This document shows positions 8,180-17,555 of a stretch of DNA of 19,520 bases, piece by piece. The DNA comes from an uncultured bacterium (GTDB lineage Bacteria > Krumholzibacteriota > Krumholzibacteriia > Krumholzibacteriales > Krumholzibacteriaceae): NCBI GenBank assembly GCA_965371515.1, contig CBDUYR010000051.1:1-19520 (forward strand), given 5' to 3'. The position numbers and the translations under genes were made by a program. The notes beneath the pieces are model-generated. The model did not search any database. It was given only the letters and a program-made list of their open reading frames with translations, and was not told the origin of the DNA. Every line of letters begins with the position of its first letter. Within the stretch, counting starts at the first letter, position 1.

Positions 8180-9597
8180 TTGTTCTCTTTCGCCCCCGGC
8201 TCCCCGTCCCGGCCTGTCTTCTCGTCAAAGACATACTTGCTGTACTGGCCCTTGCGCTCGACGGGATAGTCCCCGCAGAAACAGGCGGTACAGTAGTTTT
8301 CCGGGTCGTCGACGCAGGAGAGAAGACCTTCCCGGGACAGGTAGTGCAGACTATCCACTCCGAGGTACTGTCTTATCTCTTCGACGTTGTGGGAGGAGGC
8401 GATCAGTTCTCCGCGCGTGGGCGTGTCGATCCCGTAATAACACGAATGCGTTATCGAGGGAGAGCCGATCCTGAGATGGACCTGGGCGGCGCCGGCGTTC
8501 CTTATCATAGAGACGAGCTTGCGCATCGTCGAGCCGCGGACGATAGAGTCGTCTACGACGACGATGCTGCGGCCCTCTAGAACACCGCGCACCGGGTTGA
8601 ATTTTATCCGTACGTCCCAGTCGCGTTCGTCCTGCCTCGGCTGGATGAACGTGCGGCCTACGTAATGGTTCCTGATCAGTCCGAGTTCGTACCTGAGCCC
8701 CGAGCCCTCGCTGAAGCCAAGCGCGATCGTGTTGCTCGAGTCCGGCACCGCTATGACGATATCCGCCTGGGCGGGGGCTTCTTCGGCGAGCTTGCGGCCG
8801 AGCTTGCGGCGGACCTTGTCGACGTTCTCCCCGAACACCCTGCTGTCGGGTCTCGAGAAGTAGATGAACTCGAAGATGCATCTCGAGAGGCGCTCCGCCG
8901 GTTCGGCGAACCTTGTCGAGCGTGGCTCCCCGCCGTCGATCACGAGCATCTCGCCCGGCTCGACCTCCCTGACATACTCCGCGCCGATTATGTCGAACGC
9001 GCAGCTTTCCGACGCGACGATCCACGTGTCGCCGTCGCGGCCGAGGGAAAGGGGCCTGAAGCTGTTAGTGTCACGGGCCGCGATGATCCTGTCTTTCAGC
9101 AGGAAGACGAGCGAATATGCGCCTCTCACGCGCTGGAGCGCCTCGACCACCATCTCCTCGATCGTCTCGGCCCTGCTGCGGGCGATCAGGTGGAGCAGGA
9201 CCTCGCTGTCCATCGTGCTGCGGAAGATCGATCCTGTCTCTTCCATCTCGCTGCGCAGCTCGACTGCGTTGACAAGGTTACCGTTGTGCGCTACGGCGAT
9301 CTTCCCGATCTTGCAGTTGACGAGGAAGGGCTGGATATTGACGGCGTGGGACATACCGGTAGTCGAGTACCGGTTGTGGCCGATCGCCATATGCCCCGTC
9401 AGGCTGTTGAGCGTATCCTTCGAGAATACCTTGGAGACGAGACCCATCGCCTTGTGCTCGTACATGCAGCCGCCGTCTGACGAGATGATCCCCGAGCTCT
9501 CCTGCCCCCTGTGCTGGAGAGAGTAGAGACCCAGGTACGTCATCAGAGCCGCCTGGTCGCTGCCGTGGATCCCGAATACGGCGCACTCCTCTTTCAA
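8173..9597 (-). CDS. purF: Amidophosphoribosyltransferase, 474 aa
   Basis: EECAVFG Ntn nucleophile, LQHRGQESSG, GHNRYST, AHNGNL, PRPP loop VVVDDSIVRGST, Fe-S cysteines CIFE, SCYYGID, YCTAC; TTG start with AAGGAG. Confidence 0.97.
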   Translation of the reverse strand: MKEECAVFGIHGSDQAALMTYLGLYSLQHRGQESSGIISSDGGCMYEHKAMGLVSKVFSKDTLNSLTGHMAIGHNRYSTTGMSHAVNIQPFLVNCKIGKIAVAHNGNLVNAVELRSEMEETGSIFRSTMDSEVLLHLIARSRAETIEEMVVEALQRVRGAYSLVFLLKDRIIAARDTNSFRPLSLGRDGDTWIVASESCAFDIIGAEYVREVEPGEMLVIDGGEPRSTRFAEPAERLSRCIFEFIYFSRPDSRVFGENVDKVRRKLGRKLAEEAPAQADIVIAVPDSSNTIALGFSEGSGLRYELGLIRNHYVGRTFIQPRQDERDWDVRIKFNPVRGVLEGRSIVVVDDSIVRGSTMRKLVSMIRNAGAAQVHLRIGSPSITHSCYYGIDTPTRGELIASSHNVEEIRQYLGVDSLHYLSREGLLSCVDDPENYCTACFCGDYPVERKGQYSKYVFDEKTGRDGEPGAKENKC

Positions 9598-9607
9598 GGT
9601 GTACTCC

Positions 9608-10204
9608 TTACTGACCGTCGATCTCGGCCGTGCCTATGAACTCGAACGCCTGGTAATGAGGGTTGAGAAGGAGTCCGTGCTGTCGCGACCTGGTCACCGC
9701 CATCTCCTCGACCTTGCGGGCGGCCTCCTCCGCATCTTCCGCCCTTACGAGGATACGCCAGACCTCGCCTGACTTCATCCCGGTGACCTTCGCGCCTGCA
9801 AGCCTTGCGTTGAGCCTCGACGCGTACCCGTCATCCCTCCCACCTCCCTGTTCCGACACGAACAGGTCGCAGGCAAATATTCTGCCCCCGCATTCTCCGC
9901 GGGGAAAATCTCCGTCGATCCTGAGGTCGCCTGATGCAGCCTCGTCCCCGCCGCCCGAGACGGCGAGGCTGTAGAAATGCTTGTTCTGGTTGGTGAACGC
10001 GCTGTCCATCCGGATCTCGCGGTCGATCGCCTCACAGACCGCCCCGGCACTCTCCCCTTCGGCTTCCATGGCCCAGTAGGAATACCTGAGCACGCCGCAG
10101 AGATCGCCGGCGAAACCCATCTTCTCTGTCAACGTCATCCACGCCGTCTGAGCGACGAGGTCTGTCACCTTGAGCCTGACCCACAGCTTCGCTTCGGTCT
10201 TCAT
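9608..10204 (-). CDS. purS: PurS-like FGAM synthase subunit with two tandem PurS-like modules, 198 aa
   Basis: Lies between purQ and purF; ATG 10204 overlaps the purQ stop (ATGA), SD GGAAGGAGG. Both halves follow the PurS pattern and end in similar motifs (AFTNQNKHFYSL; LLLNPHYQAFEF; compare PurS LLANxVIExY). The ORF-track start at 10312 lies inside purQ. Confidence 0.7.
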   Translation of the reverse strand: MKTEAKLWVRLKVTDLVAQTAWMTLTEKMGFAGDLCGVLRYSYWAMEAEGESAGAVCEAIDREIRMDSAFTNQNKHFYSLAVSGGGDEAASGDLRIDGDFPRGECGGRIFACDLFVSEQGGGRDDGYASRLNARLAGAKVTGMKSGEVWRILVRAEDAEEAARKVEEMAVTRSRQHGLLLNPHYQAFEFIGTAEIDGQ

Positions 10205-11034
10205 TCGCCGCCCTCCTTCCATCTTCGCAGTGATTCGAAAAATATCCTGCCCGGGCCGGCCGCCTCCATCTTTCCGGAATCGCCGCCGGATTTCCTTCTC
10301 TTCATCCCCCACCCGCCACCGAGGTCCTCGGGCACCTGGCGAAGCCAGCTCGCCCTCTCGGGGTGCGGCATCATAGCCAGGACGTTCCCCTCGCTGTTGC
10401 AGACGCCCGCCATGTTCTCGAGCGATCCGTTGGGATTCGTGGGAAACGACGCGTCGATCTGTCCGGCCTCTGTGCAGTACCGCAGAATGATCTGCCCGTT
10501 TTTCTTCATCTCTTCGAGTACTTTCCCGTCATCGGTGGTGAACCGCCCTTCGGCGTGCGCTATCGGGACCGGGACGACTTCCTCGTTCTCGATGGCAGAG
10601 GCCCACACACAGTCGGTTCCGCCGCTCAGCAGGTATGTCCACGAGCAGTAGTAACCCTCCCTGTCCTCCATCACGTTGGGAGCCAGCGCCAGGTCGACCC
10701 TCTCCCAGTGGATGCCGGGTATGAATCCCGACTCTACGAGCACCTGTGCGCCGTTGCAGATCCCGAGGATCGGGCGCCCGGCGACTGCCAGCTCGCTCAG
10801 CTTGTCCATTATGTGGTCTTTCGCCGACACCACGCCGGCCCTGATCCTGTCCTGGTAGGAGAACCCGCCCGGGACGATCACGCCGAGGGCATCCTCGAGA
10901 AGAGCGGGGTCCTCGTTCCAGCGCAGCAGGTCCGCACCCAGTCCGACCGACCTCACCGCATCAACCGTCTCGTACTCGCAGTTCACACCGGGAAACTGGA
11001 TTATCGCAACCTTGTCCTTGAAGGATCTGGCCAC
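10201..11034 (-). CDS. purQ: Phosphoribosylformylglycinamidine synthase glutaminase subunit PurQ, 277 aa
   Basis: FPGVNCE, PGGFSYQD, catalytic GICNG, PIAHAEG, NPNGS, MMPHPER; GTG start abuts the purL stop, SD AAAGGAG. Confidence 0.96.
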   Translation of the reverse strand: MARSFKDKVAIIQFPGVNCEYETVDAVRSVGLGADLLRWNEDPALLEDALGVIVPGGFSYQDRIRAGVVSAKDHIMDKLSELAVAGRPILGICNGAQVLVESGFIPGIHWERVDLALAPNVMEDREGYYCSWTYLLSGGTDCVWASAIENEEVVPVPIAHAEGRFTTDDGKVLEEMKKNGQIILRYCTEAGQIDASFPTNPNGSLENMAGVCNSEGNVLAMMPHPERASWLRQVPEDLGGGWGMKRRKSGGDSGKMEAAGPGRIFFESLRRWKEGGE

Positions 11035-13416
11035 CTACTCTCCTTTCTCGATGCCGAATATCGAGCGGCACCCGGTCATGTATATCTCGGCCAGCTCGCC
11101 GAGCTCCCATGAAGCGAGGGCCTTCCCGTTCGAGACGACCTCGAGCTTCGGCAACGCCTTCAACATGCCAAGCTTGTGCAGCTTGACCCTGTTGCGTGCG
11201 CATATGGCAAGGATCTCCCGCTCGTTCCCCGGCGGCAGTTCTATGATGAAGCATCCCGTCTCCGAGAAGAGGACCTTCTCCGGCGGCAGTCCGGTCGAGT
11301 CGAACTCGTCGAGATCGACGGCCAGTCCGAGCTTTCCGGTGCCGTTTCCACCGATGGCCATCTCGGCGAGCGCCGTGAGCATCCCGCCCTGCCCCGTGTC
11401 GTGGCACGACCTGACCCAGCCGTGCGAGTGGATGTCGAGGACCGTCCTTATCTGTCCCCGCTCGCGCACGAAATCGGCCTCGGGAACGTTGGCGCCGGGG
11501 GTTCCGTAGACCGTCCTGTAATATTCACTTCCGCCGAGCTCGTCCAGCGGCTCCCCGATGAGGAATACCTCATTGCCTTCCTCCTTGAAGGTCATCGAAC
11601 GGCTCTTGGAATAATCCTCTATGACGCCGACGGTGCAGATGATCGGCGACGGCGGAATCGCCTTTCCGCTCCCGCCCTGGTTGTAGAAGCTGACATTCCC
11701 CGAGACGACGGGTAACGGGTGGTTGCCGTCGTGGGAGAGCAGTCCTATCCCCCTGCAGGCGTCGCTTATACCCCGCACGCCCTCGAAAAACTCCCAGAAG
11801 ACCTCCTCGATCTCGGGGTTGCCGTAGTTGAGGCAGTCTGTGATCGCCGACGGTACTCCGCCGACGGCGGCTACGTTGCGGGCCGATTCGCAGACGGCCA
11901 GCGCGCCCCCCTGGTACGGATCGATGATCCCGTACCACGGATTGCCGTCAACCGCAATGGCAAGCCCCACAGGGTTCCCCGCTACCGGCGCAATCACGCC
12001 CGCGTCGGCCTCGCCCGGCCTGATCACGGCCCTTCCCTGTACCTCCGAGTCGTAATGCCTGAAAACATAATTCTTCGAGGCGATGTTCGGCGAGCCCATG
12101 ATCTTCAGAAAATCATCGCGAAGAGAACGGCCTTCCTGCCACTCGGGCTCCTCGAAGAGGATCTTCCTCGGGCTCTTCGGCCTGTCGTATGCGATACCGG
12201 TCGTGATGACCTCGACCGGAGTCTCGCAGACCTTCTCGCCACCGCTCTCGATCGTATAGAGCTCATCGCTTGTGACGTCGGCGATGACCACAGCGCCGGC
12301 CCCGTGATAGAGGTGGGGCAGTTCGAAATCCTCGTTGTATATCTTCAGGACGTCGTCGACGAAACCTTCCGGTACCGCCAGCGCATACCGCTCCTGGGTC
12401 TCGGAGCACGATACGACGGGCGGCGGATAGTGATGCCCGGCGGCGACGTTCACCGCGTCGAGATTTATTTTCACTCCGAAGCCGCCCGCATGTGCGAGCT
12501 CGGAGGTAACGCACGCGATACCGCCGGCGCCGAGGTCCTTGAAGCCGACCTTTATGCCGCGTTCCCAGGCCAGATCGAGGACCTTCCTGTTCGCCACGGC
12601 CAGCACCCGCTTGAGGAACGGGTCGGGTACCTGGACCGCCCCCCTGTTCGCTTCCTCGCCTTCGACGAGATCTTCCGAGGCGAAAGCCGCCCCGCCGAAT
12701 CCCGAGTCGTCGGTCGGTTTGCCTATAAGGATGATCTTGTACGGAGTATCGGCCGCCTCGGCCGGCACCCGGCTTCGCAGGACGCGCGATTCCCTCATCG
12801 TTCCGATCGCGACGACGTTCACCAGGCAGTTCTCATCGAACCCCGGGTCGAACGCGATGTCGCCGCCCAGGTTCGGGACACCGAGCGGATTGCCGTACTG
12901 GGCGATGCCGTCGACTACGCCGCGCGCGATCGAGATGACCTGGCGGGCGTTCGGTCCCTGCGGGTCGCCGAAACGAAGGGGATCGAGGACTCCGACTACG
13001 TCGGCGCCCATGCAGTATACATCGCGCACGATCCCGCCGATCCCCGTCGCCGCGCCCTCTACGGGCAGGACCTGCGAGGGGTGGTTGTGGCTCTCATGCG
13101 CTATGACAAGGCAGTGCCAATCGCCGTCGCCCGTCTCGGCGTACCTGAACACGCCCGCATCCTCGCCCGGTCCCATCACTACGTTGGGGGCCTTTGTGGG
13201 CAGGAGCTCGCCGAGGATCTTCCTGCTGCTCTTGTAGCTGCAATGCTCGCTCCACATCGTGTTGAAGATCGTCAGCTCCACGAGTGTAGGGTCGCGGCCG
13301 AGAAGCTCGATCACGCGCCTCGCCTCGCTCACGGCGAGGTTCAGGCCGTTCTCCTTCAGCAGTTCCCCCACGCGGGAGTCGTCACTTTCCGTGATCGGGA
13401 TGGCGCCTTTCAGCAA
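11035..13416 (-). CDS. purL: Phosphoribosylformylglycinamidine synthase subunit PurL (small type), 793 aa
   Basis: MWSEHCSYKSS, ESHNHPS, GAATGIGGIVRD, DLGAGG, SETQER, DCLNYGNPE, VSGNVSFYN; TTG start. Confidence 0.97.
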   Translation of the reverse strand: MLKGAIPITESDDSRVGELLKENGLNLAVSEARRVIELLGRDPTLVELTIFNTMWSEHCSYKSSRKILGELLPTKAPNVVMGPGEDAGVFRYAETGDGDWHCLVIAHESHNHPSQVLPVEGAATGIGGIVRDVYCMGADVVGVLDPLRFGDPQGPNARQVISIARGVVDGIAQYGNPLGVPNLGGDIAFDPGFDENCLVNVVAIGTMRESRVLRSRVPAEAADTPYKIILIGKPTDDSGFGGAAFASEDLVEGEEANRGAVQVPDPFLKRVLAVANRKVLDLAWERGIKVGFKDLGAGGIACVTSELAHAGGFGVKINLDAVNVAAGHHYPPPVVSCSETQERYALAVPEGFVDDVLKIYNEDFELPHLYHGAGAVVIADVTSDELYTIESGGEKVCETPVEVITTGIAYDRPKSPRKILFEEPEWQEGRSLRDDFLKIMGSPNIASKNYVFRHYDSEVQGRAVIRPGEADAGVIAPVAGNPVGLAIAVDGNPWYGIIDPYQGGALAVCESARNVAAVGGVPSAITDCLNYGNPEIEEVFWEFFEGVRGISDACRGIGLLSHDGNHPLPVVSGNVSFYNQGGSGKAIPPSPIICTVGVIEDYSKSRSMTFKEEGNEVFLIGEPLDELGGSEYYRTVYGTPGANVPEADFVRERGQIRTVLDIHSHGWVRSCHDTGQGGMLTALAEMAIGGNGTGKLGLAVDLDEFDSTGLPPEKVLFSETGCFIIELPPGNEREILAICARNRVKLHKLGMLKALPKLEVVSNGKALASWELGELAEIYMTGCRSIFGIEKGE

Positions 13417-13421
13417 TTGGC

Positions 13422-14738
13422 CTATCCTTTCCTGGGCCTGCCCCTGTTCGACAGTACCCTGCTGAAGATGAAGTCGACGTTCTTCAGGTGAGTCTTCAGG
13501 TCAAAAGCTTCTTCGAGTTCGTCCTCGGAAACGACCTTCATGAATCTCTTGTCTCCCGCGAGATGTTCACGGAAACTCTTCTTCCCTTCCATGCTCTTCA
13601 TAGCGGCGTTCTGGATGATCGAGTAGGAGTCCTCGCGCGCCAGCCCCTTTTTCACGAGCATCAGCAGGATCGGATGCGAGAAGATCAGCCCACCGGTCAG
13701 TTCGAGGTTCTCGCGCATCTTCTTCCTGTTGATCCGCAATCCCGATACGACCCAGGTGAACTTCTCGAGCATATAGGCGAGGATCATAGTCGAGTCGGGG
13801 ATGATGATCCTCTCGACCGAAGAGTGGCTTATGTCCCTCTCGTGCCAGAGAGTAACGTTCTCCAGTGCAGCCTGCGAGTTTCCGCGGAGCAGCCGCGCCA
13901 TGCCGGCGATCCTCTCGGTGAGTATCGGATTTCGTTTGTGCGGCATCGCGCTCGAGCCCTTCTGGCCCTTCGTGAACGGCTCCTCCGCCTCGGCGATGTC
14001 GGTGCGCTGCAGGGCCCGGATCTCGGTGGCCATGTTCTCCAGGGAGGCGCCGATAACGGCCAGCGTCGTCATGTAATATGCGTGGCGGTCGCGCTGGATG
14101 ATCTGAGTCGTAACCGGAGCGGCCTTCAGGCCGAGCTGCGTCATGACGTAACGCTCGACCCTGTGGTCCGTGTGTGACATCGTCCCGACAGTGCCTGTGA
14201 TCTGGCCGACCGATATCTCCTCGATCGCCCGATCGAGCCTGGTGATGTTGCGCGCTGTCTCCGAGTACCAGACGAGAAACTTCAACCCCATCGTGATCGG
14301 TTCGGCGTGGATGCCGTGACTGCGGCCGACCATCGGTACGTTCCTGTACCGCAGTGCCTGCCGTTTGAGGATCGTGCGCAGTTTCTTCTGCTTGTTCTGG
14401 ATGACCATCCCGGCTTCGCGCATCTGGCAGGCCAGGGTGGTGTCGAGAAGATCCGAGCTCGTCATCCCCATGTGCAGATACCTGCCGGACTCCCCGATGT
14501 ATTCGGACATGTTCGTCAGGAATGCGATGACGTCGTGGCGTGTCTTCTTCTCTATCTTCAGGACCCTCTTGATGTCATAGTCTGCCCTCTTCCTGATCTC
14601 CCTGGCGGCCTTCTTCGGGATGTGGCCGTGCTCGGCCAGGCCCTCGCAGTAGAGGATCTCGATCTCCTTCCAGAGATCGTACTTGTTTTCATCTGTCCAG
14701 ATACCTGAGATCTCGGGGAGCGAATATCGTGGAATCAA
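13422..14738 (-). CDS. purB: Adenylosuccinate lyase, 438 aa
   Basis: MIPRYS, TRHDVIAF, HMGMTSSD, GRSHGIHAEP, signature GSSAMPHKRNP, WHERDISHSSVER; TTG start with AGGAGG. Confidence 0.98.
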   Translation of the reverse strand: MIPRYSLPEISGIWTDENKYDLWKEIEILYCEGLAEHGHIPKKAAREIRKRADYDIKRVLKIEKKTRHDVIAFLTNMSEYIGESGRYLHMGMTSSDLLDTTLACQMREAGMVIQNKQKKLRTILKRQALRYRNVPMVGRSHGIHAEPITMGLKFLVWYSETARNITRLDRAIEEISVGQITGTVGTMSHTDHRVERYVMTQLGLKAAPVTTQIIQRDRHAYYMTTLAVIGASLENMATEIRALQRTDIAEAEEPFTKGQKGSSAMPHKRNPILTERIAGMARLLRGNSQAALENVTLWHERDISHSSVERIIIPDSTMILAYMLEKFTWVVSGLRINRKKMRENLELTGGLIFSHPILLMLVKKGLAREDSYSIIQNAAMKSMEGKKSFREHLAGDKRFMKVVSEDELEEAFDLKTHLKNVDFIFSRVLSNRGRPRKG

Positions 14739-14750
14739 GAATTACCTCCT

Positions 14751-15947
14751 TTATGCCTCTTCCTCGGCCTCGACGAGCTTCAGTCGTATCGATCTCGTGC
14801 TGCCGTTTCTCCAGACGCCGATATCGAGATCGTCTCCGACCTGCTTGCCGAATATCACCCGGCCGGCCTGAGCGGAATTCTGTATCGAGACACCGTCCAT
14901 ATCGACTATTACATCGCCGACCTCGATACCGGCCTTTTCCGCCGGGCCGCCCTCCTCTAGCGCGATGACAACGAGGCCTGTCCTGAACGGGATGCCGAAC
15001 TTCTCTACGACCTCGGCGGTCAGCTCGGAGACCACAAGCCCGGTCCAGACATTGCGGAAGTGTCCGTACTCGCGGATCTCGTCGATGACCATCTTCACCG
15101 TATTGCTCGGTATTGCGAATCCCATCCCGATGTTGCTGCTCCCGCTTGCCGTCGTGAAGACGAATGTGCTGATGCCGACGACTTCACCCTTCATCGAGAC
15201 CAGGGGACCGCCGCTGTTGCCCGGGTTGATCACGGCGTCGGTCTGGATCATGTTCTTGAATATCTGCACCCCGTCGCCCGTCTCCTTGACGTCCCTGTGG
15301 AGGGCGCTGATGACGCCGGCGGTGACCGTCGTCTGGTTGTCGTTGAAAAGGTAGGTGAACGGCGAGCCTATCGCGATAACAGGTTCTCCTATGTCGAGAT
15401 TGTCCGAATCCCCGAACGGCGCGTATGGGAACCTGCTCCCCTCGATCCTGAGCAGCGCGACGTCGAACTCGGCCGCCATGCCGATCAGCGTAGCCGGGAC
15501 CTCGGTCGAATCGATCATCGTCACGTAGATCTCCTCGGCCCCCCGGACGACGTGCTCGTTTGTGATGATGTATCCGTCGGGATTTACGAGCAGCCCCGAC
15601 CCGTAGATCGGGAACTTTTTCTTCTGGTAGGCGGGGATCCTCCCGGCCATTATCTGCCACCACTCGTACGAGTTTCTCGCCCTCGTAGAGACGATCCTCG
15701 TCCTGAGCGTGGTAATCGAGACCACGGCGGGACCGATGCGGCCACGGGCGGCGACCATCGCGTCTCCGCTGAACAACCCCGTCCCTCCGAGAACGATATT
15801 GCCCGCCGACTGGGGATAGAATGCCTGGCCGATTCCGGCGCGCCTCAACATCACGACGTTGACGACCGTCAGCGCGATAGTCATCCCGAACATGATCCCG
15901 ATTATCCACGGGATCGCCCGGGCCCATCTGGACTGGAACTCTTTCAA
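14751..15947 (-). CDS. HtrA/DegS-like membrane-anchored trypsin-type serine protease with one PDZ domain, 398 aa
   Basis: N-terminal TM helix; triad TNEHVV (H), FDVALL (D), INPGNSGGPL (S); GMGFAIP; PDZ segment GPAEKAGIEVGDVI. Confidence 0.93.
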   Translation of the reverse strand: MKEFQSRWARAIPWIIGIMFGMTIALTVVNVVMLRRAGIGQAFYPQSAGNIVLGGTGLFSGDAMVAARGRIGPAVVSITTLRTRIVSTRARNSYEWWQIMAGRIPAYQKKKFPIYGSGLLVNPDGYIITNEHVVRGAEEIYVTMIDSTEVPATLIGMAAEFDVALLRIEGSRFPYAPFGDSDNLDIGEPVIAIGSPFTYLFNDNQTTVTAGVISALHRDVKETGDGVQIFKNMIQTDAVINPGNSGGPLVSMKGEVVGISTFVFTTASGSSNIGMGFAIPSNTVKMVIDEIREYGHFRNVWTGLVVSELTAEVVEKFGIPFRTGLVVIALEEGGPAEKAGIEVGDVIVDMDGVSIQNSAQAGRVIFGKQVGDDLDIGVWRNGSTRSIRLKLVEAEEEA

Positions 15948-15978
15948 ATCAGCTCACCTGCCTCAATCCAGGAAATCC

Positions 15979-16629
15979 TTATTTCTTCACCTTTTTCCAG
16001 TCGGCGAGAAACTTCTCGATCCCGATATCAGTCAGCGGGTGCTTGATCAGCTGCTCTATCACCTTGAGAGGTATCGTCGCCACGTCGGCGCCGATCAACG
16101 CTGCTTCGTACACGTGCTGCACGCTCCTGATGCTGGCCACGAGGACCTGCGTGGCAAACGCGTAGTTCTCGAAGATCTCGACCATATCGGCTATCAGGTC
16201 CATCCCTCTCTGCCCGATATCATCGAGCCTGCCGACAAAGGGACTCACGTATGTCGCTCCGGCCTTGGCTACGAGCAGGGCCTGGTTTGCCGAGAAACAG
16301 AGGGTAGCGTTGGTCTCGATGCCTTCGGCTTTGAACATCTGGATCGCCTTGATCCCTTCCTTGATGCAGGGGACCTTGATGATGATGTTGTCGGCGATCT
16401 TGCAGAGTTCCTTGCCCTCCTTGAACATGCCCTCTGCGTCGAGGGATACCACTTCGGCGCTGACAGGGCCCGGCACTATGGAACAGATCTCTTTCAGCGT
16501 CTCGGTGGCCGTCCCCTTGTCCGCTTCCCTGGCGAGGAGCGACGGGTTGGTAGTGACTCCATCGAGAAGGCCGAGTGCAGCGGCTTCCCTGATCTCATCT
16601 ACATTGGCTGTATCGATAAAAAACTTCAT
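15979..16629 (-). CDS. tal: Transaldolase, short TalC/FSA family (often annotated fsa), 216 aa
   Basis: [17 protein letters not shown], Schiff-base Lys in IIIKVP. Glu in VSAEV and Phe in SPFVGR are the transaldolase-type residues (true FSA has Gln/Tyr). ATG 16629 with GGGAGG. Confidence 0.93.
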   Translation of the reverse strand: MKFFIDTANVDEIREAAALGLLDGVTTNPSLLAREADKGTATETLKEICSIVPGPVSAEVVSLDAEGMFKEGKELCKIADNIIIKVPCIKEGIKAIQMFKAEGIETNATLCFSANQALLVAKAGATYVSPFVGRLDDIGQRGMDLIADMVEIFENYAFATQVLVASIRSVQHVYEAALIGADVATIPLKVIEQLIKHPLTDIGIEKFLADWKKVKK

Positions 16630-16700
16630 TTCGCCTCCCTGGCTGCGTGTTCTCGTTTTTTCAGGATTCCTGCGGCGGTTCTTCCGGTAAGGAAACATGT

Positions 16701-16729
16701 ATTATACAAGTATCGGCTTGAACTGACAA
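16701..16729 (-). promoter_or_regulatory. Sigma70-type promoter for the tal...rng operon
   Basis: Minus strand TTGTCA-N17-TATAAT, about 70 bp upstream of the tal ATG. Confidence 0.8.
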
Positions 16730-16815
16730 ATAGTTTCGAGCGCCCGTCGAATATCGGAAATCCCGGCCCCCGATCGTATCGATTTATACGTCCCGGCCGC
16801 TGAAACGCTCCACGA

Positions 16816-17547
16816 TCAGTATTTAATCTCCATCAGGTAGAGGGCTCCAGGGGGAAGGGTAGGCCCTGCAGCGGAGCGGTCACTCGAGGCGAGTATATCG
16901 GCGATGGAGACGTCCCCTCCCTTACCGGCCTTCAGAACGGTTCCGGCGATGGAACGCATCATGTTGTAGAGAAACCTGTCGGCGGTGAGCGACAGTGTCA
17001 CGAGCGGCCTGTTCTCGATGATATCGGCCCTCAGCACGTTGCAGACAGTAGTCCTGGCGCTCGAGCCGGACGCAGCGAAAGCGGCGAAATCGTGTTCCCC
17101 GCGAATGGCCCGCAGCTGCTCCCGCATCGCTTCTATCGCCTCCTCGTCGAGGCCATTGAGAATCTCGTGGTAGTAGTTCCTCCAGAGAGCGCTCGGGCGG
17201 TCGATGAAGATGTAGTGGTACCTCCTGCTGCGCGCGTCGTACCTCGCGTTGAACGACAGGGGGACCTCCTCTACCGAGCGTACCACCATGTCGGAAGGAA
17301 GTTTGCCGCGCAGCGCCTTCATCATGACATCTGTAGTCATATCGGTCTCGAGCGATGCGTTGGCCACCTGGCCCACGGCATGAACACCCGTATCGGTCCT
17401 GCCGGCGCCGACGATCTTCACGTCACCGGCGGCGATTTCGCCGAGCGCCCTGTAGAGCTTCCCCTGGACCGTCCGCTGGCCGGGCTGGACCTGCCATCCG
17501 GAAAAGACGGAACCGTCGTATTCGATGGTAAGCTTGAAGTTTCTCAT
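16816..17547 (-). CDS. truA: tRNA pseudouridine(38-40) synthase TruA, 243 aa
   Basis: IEYDGSVFSGWQVQ, catalytic GAGRTDTGVHAVGQ, FNARYDARSRRYHY, FLYNMMR, GPTLPPGALYL; start at ATG 17547 (MRNFKL), not 17724. Confidence 0.96.
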   Translation of the reverse strand: MRNFKLTIEYDGSVFSGWQVQPGQRTVQGKLYRALGEIAAGDVKIVGAGRTDTGVHAVGQVANASLETDMTTDVMMKALRGKLPSDMVVRSVEEVPLSFNARYDARSRRYHYIFIDRPSALWRNYYHEILNGLDEEAIEAMREQLRAIRGEHDFAAFAASGSSARTTVCNVLRADIIENRPLVTLSLTADRFLYNMMRSIAGTVLKAGKGGDVSIADILASSDRSAAGPTLPPGALYLMEIKY

Positions 17548-17555
17548 ACTGCGGG

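Noticed and set aside
11719..13491. 590-aa + strand ORF (likewise 4401-5891, 6767-7714, 15060-16046, 15859-16803)
   Set aside because: Antisense shadows of purL, rSAM, tldD, htrA and tal; no family signatures.
16630..16700. Purine, ZTP or PRPP riboswitch ahead of the pur-containing operon
   Set aside because: The leader is only about 65 nt with no recognisable aptamer or terminator.
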